DNA of 64,000 nt from Cetorhinus maximus. Its lineage: Eukaryota. The stretch spans positions 156,240,001-156,304,000 of the forward strand of contig NC_135881.1 of the NCBI RefSeq assembly GCF_964194155.1. Direction: 5' to 3'. This document shows, one piece after another, positions 63,347-64,000 of this stretch. Under the pieces are notes generated by a model, which was not told the origin of the DNA, did not search any database, and saw nothing but the letters and a program-made list of their open reading frames with translations. Each line of letters opens with the position of its first letter. Positions within the stretch are counted from its first letter, which is position 1. A program made the position numbers and the translations under genes.

Positions 63347-64000
63347 TAAAAAATTGGTTTTGGACAACTTAAAATGTTTAATGAGTTACATAAAAACATT
63401 TAGAGTCTAGATCTCAGCCAGTGATTTTTTTTTCAGATCCAAGTTGTATGAAAATATTTACATGTGAAAGGCCTTGTGCTCTCCTTCAGTATCTTGCATA
63501 GTGATAGGAAAGATGAGAAGCAGCTCCTTCAAAATGTCTTCCATCACTAAATTGATGATTGCGTGGCTTTCTAGGATTCGTCAACACATGGGGCAGTGGC
63601 AGAGTGCTTGGGAAGTCAAGTGCTGCAGAAGTGCTGCTGAACATGCCAATGTACACATGATAATTAGAAAAAGGTGGTTCTGCCAAGAACATTCTTGAAA
63701 CCGTAGCAGCATAAATCTGAGTCAAGCACAGCTGAATGTCTTAAATTCACAACCATACTCTCTTGCTCAATTTTGTGGACCCTACCAAAATTAAATTTGA
63801 AAATTGTACTCCGAAACAAATCGGTGGTCAGACCTTAGGGCAGGGGCTGCAAACAGTTACGAATAGTCTCGATAATGGGTCATCTTAAGGCCAATTTAAA
63901 CAAGGCTTCCAGAAATTTTATGGACACTAACCCAAGTAAACAACAAAACAATCTTAAGTATGGGAGAGTATAAACAAAACTGTTATACTGTCTCAGGCAT

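Noticed and set aside
63474-63725. Overlapping 74-aa and 79-aa ORFs in unique DNA near the window end
   Set aside because: No convincing splice sites in a compatible frame and no recognisable motif
1-64000. Prokaryotic-style systems (operons, CRISPR arrays, retrons) and rRNA or tRNA genes
   Set aside because: No regularly spaced repeats, gene-dense blocks or recognisable structural RNA genes; every RT here belongs to a eukaryotic LINE

Overview
Vertebrate nuclear DNA, very probably from a shark or ray (inferred from the repeat families, not proven). It is CpG-depleted and mostly transposon debris: many CR1 LINEs of different ages, L2 and L2/Crack-like LINEs, two RTE LINE fragments, Neptune-type Penelope-like elements (PLEs) carrying minimal hammerhead ribozymes, a full-length but inactivated two-gene Harbinger transposon, Harbinger-like MITEs, solo LTRs, a Deu-domain SINE and a Gypsy protease relic. 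Almost every ORF in the supplied track is a transposon fragment or antisense noise. Reading the non-repetitive islands by hand gives three minus-strand exons the track does not report (62381-62518, 35675-35727, 26028-26190). They have canonical GT-AG sites and compatible phases and splice into a 117-aa protein I cannot assign to a family. Other highlights: four hammerhead motifs with three core variants, a young PLE with inverted pLTRs and a TSD, a four-level insertion stack at 50-62 kb, and a CpG-rich filler at 45.2 kb. All alignments were made by eye; boundaries of degenerate repeats are approximate.
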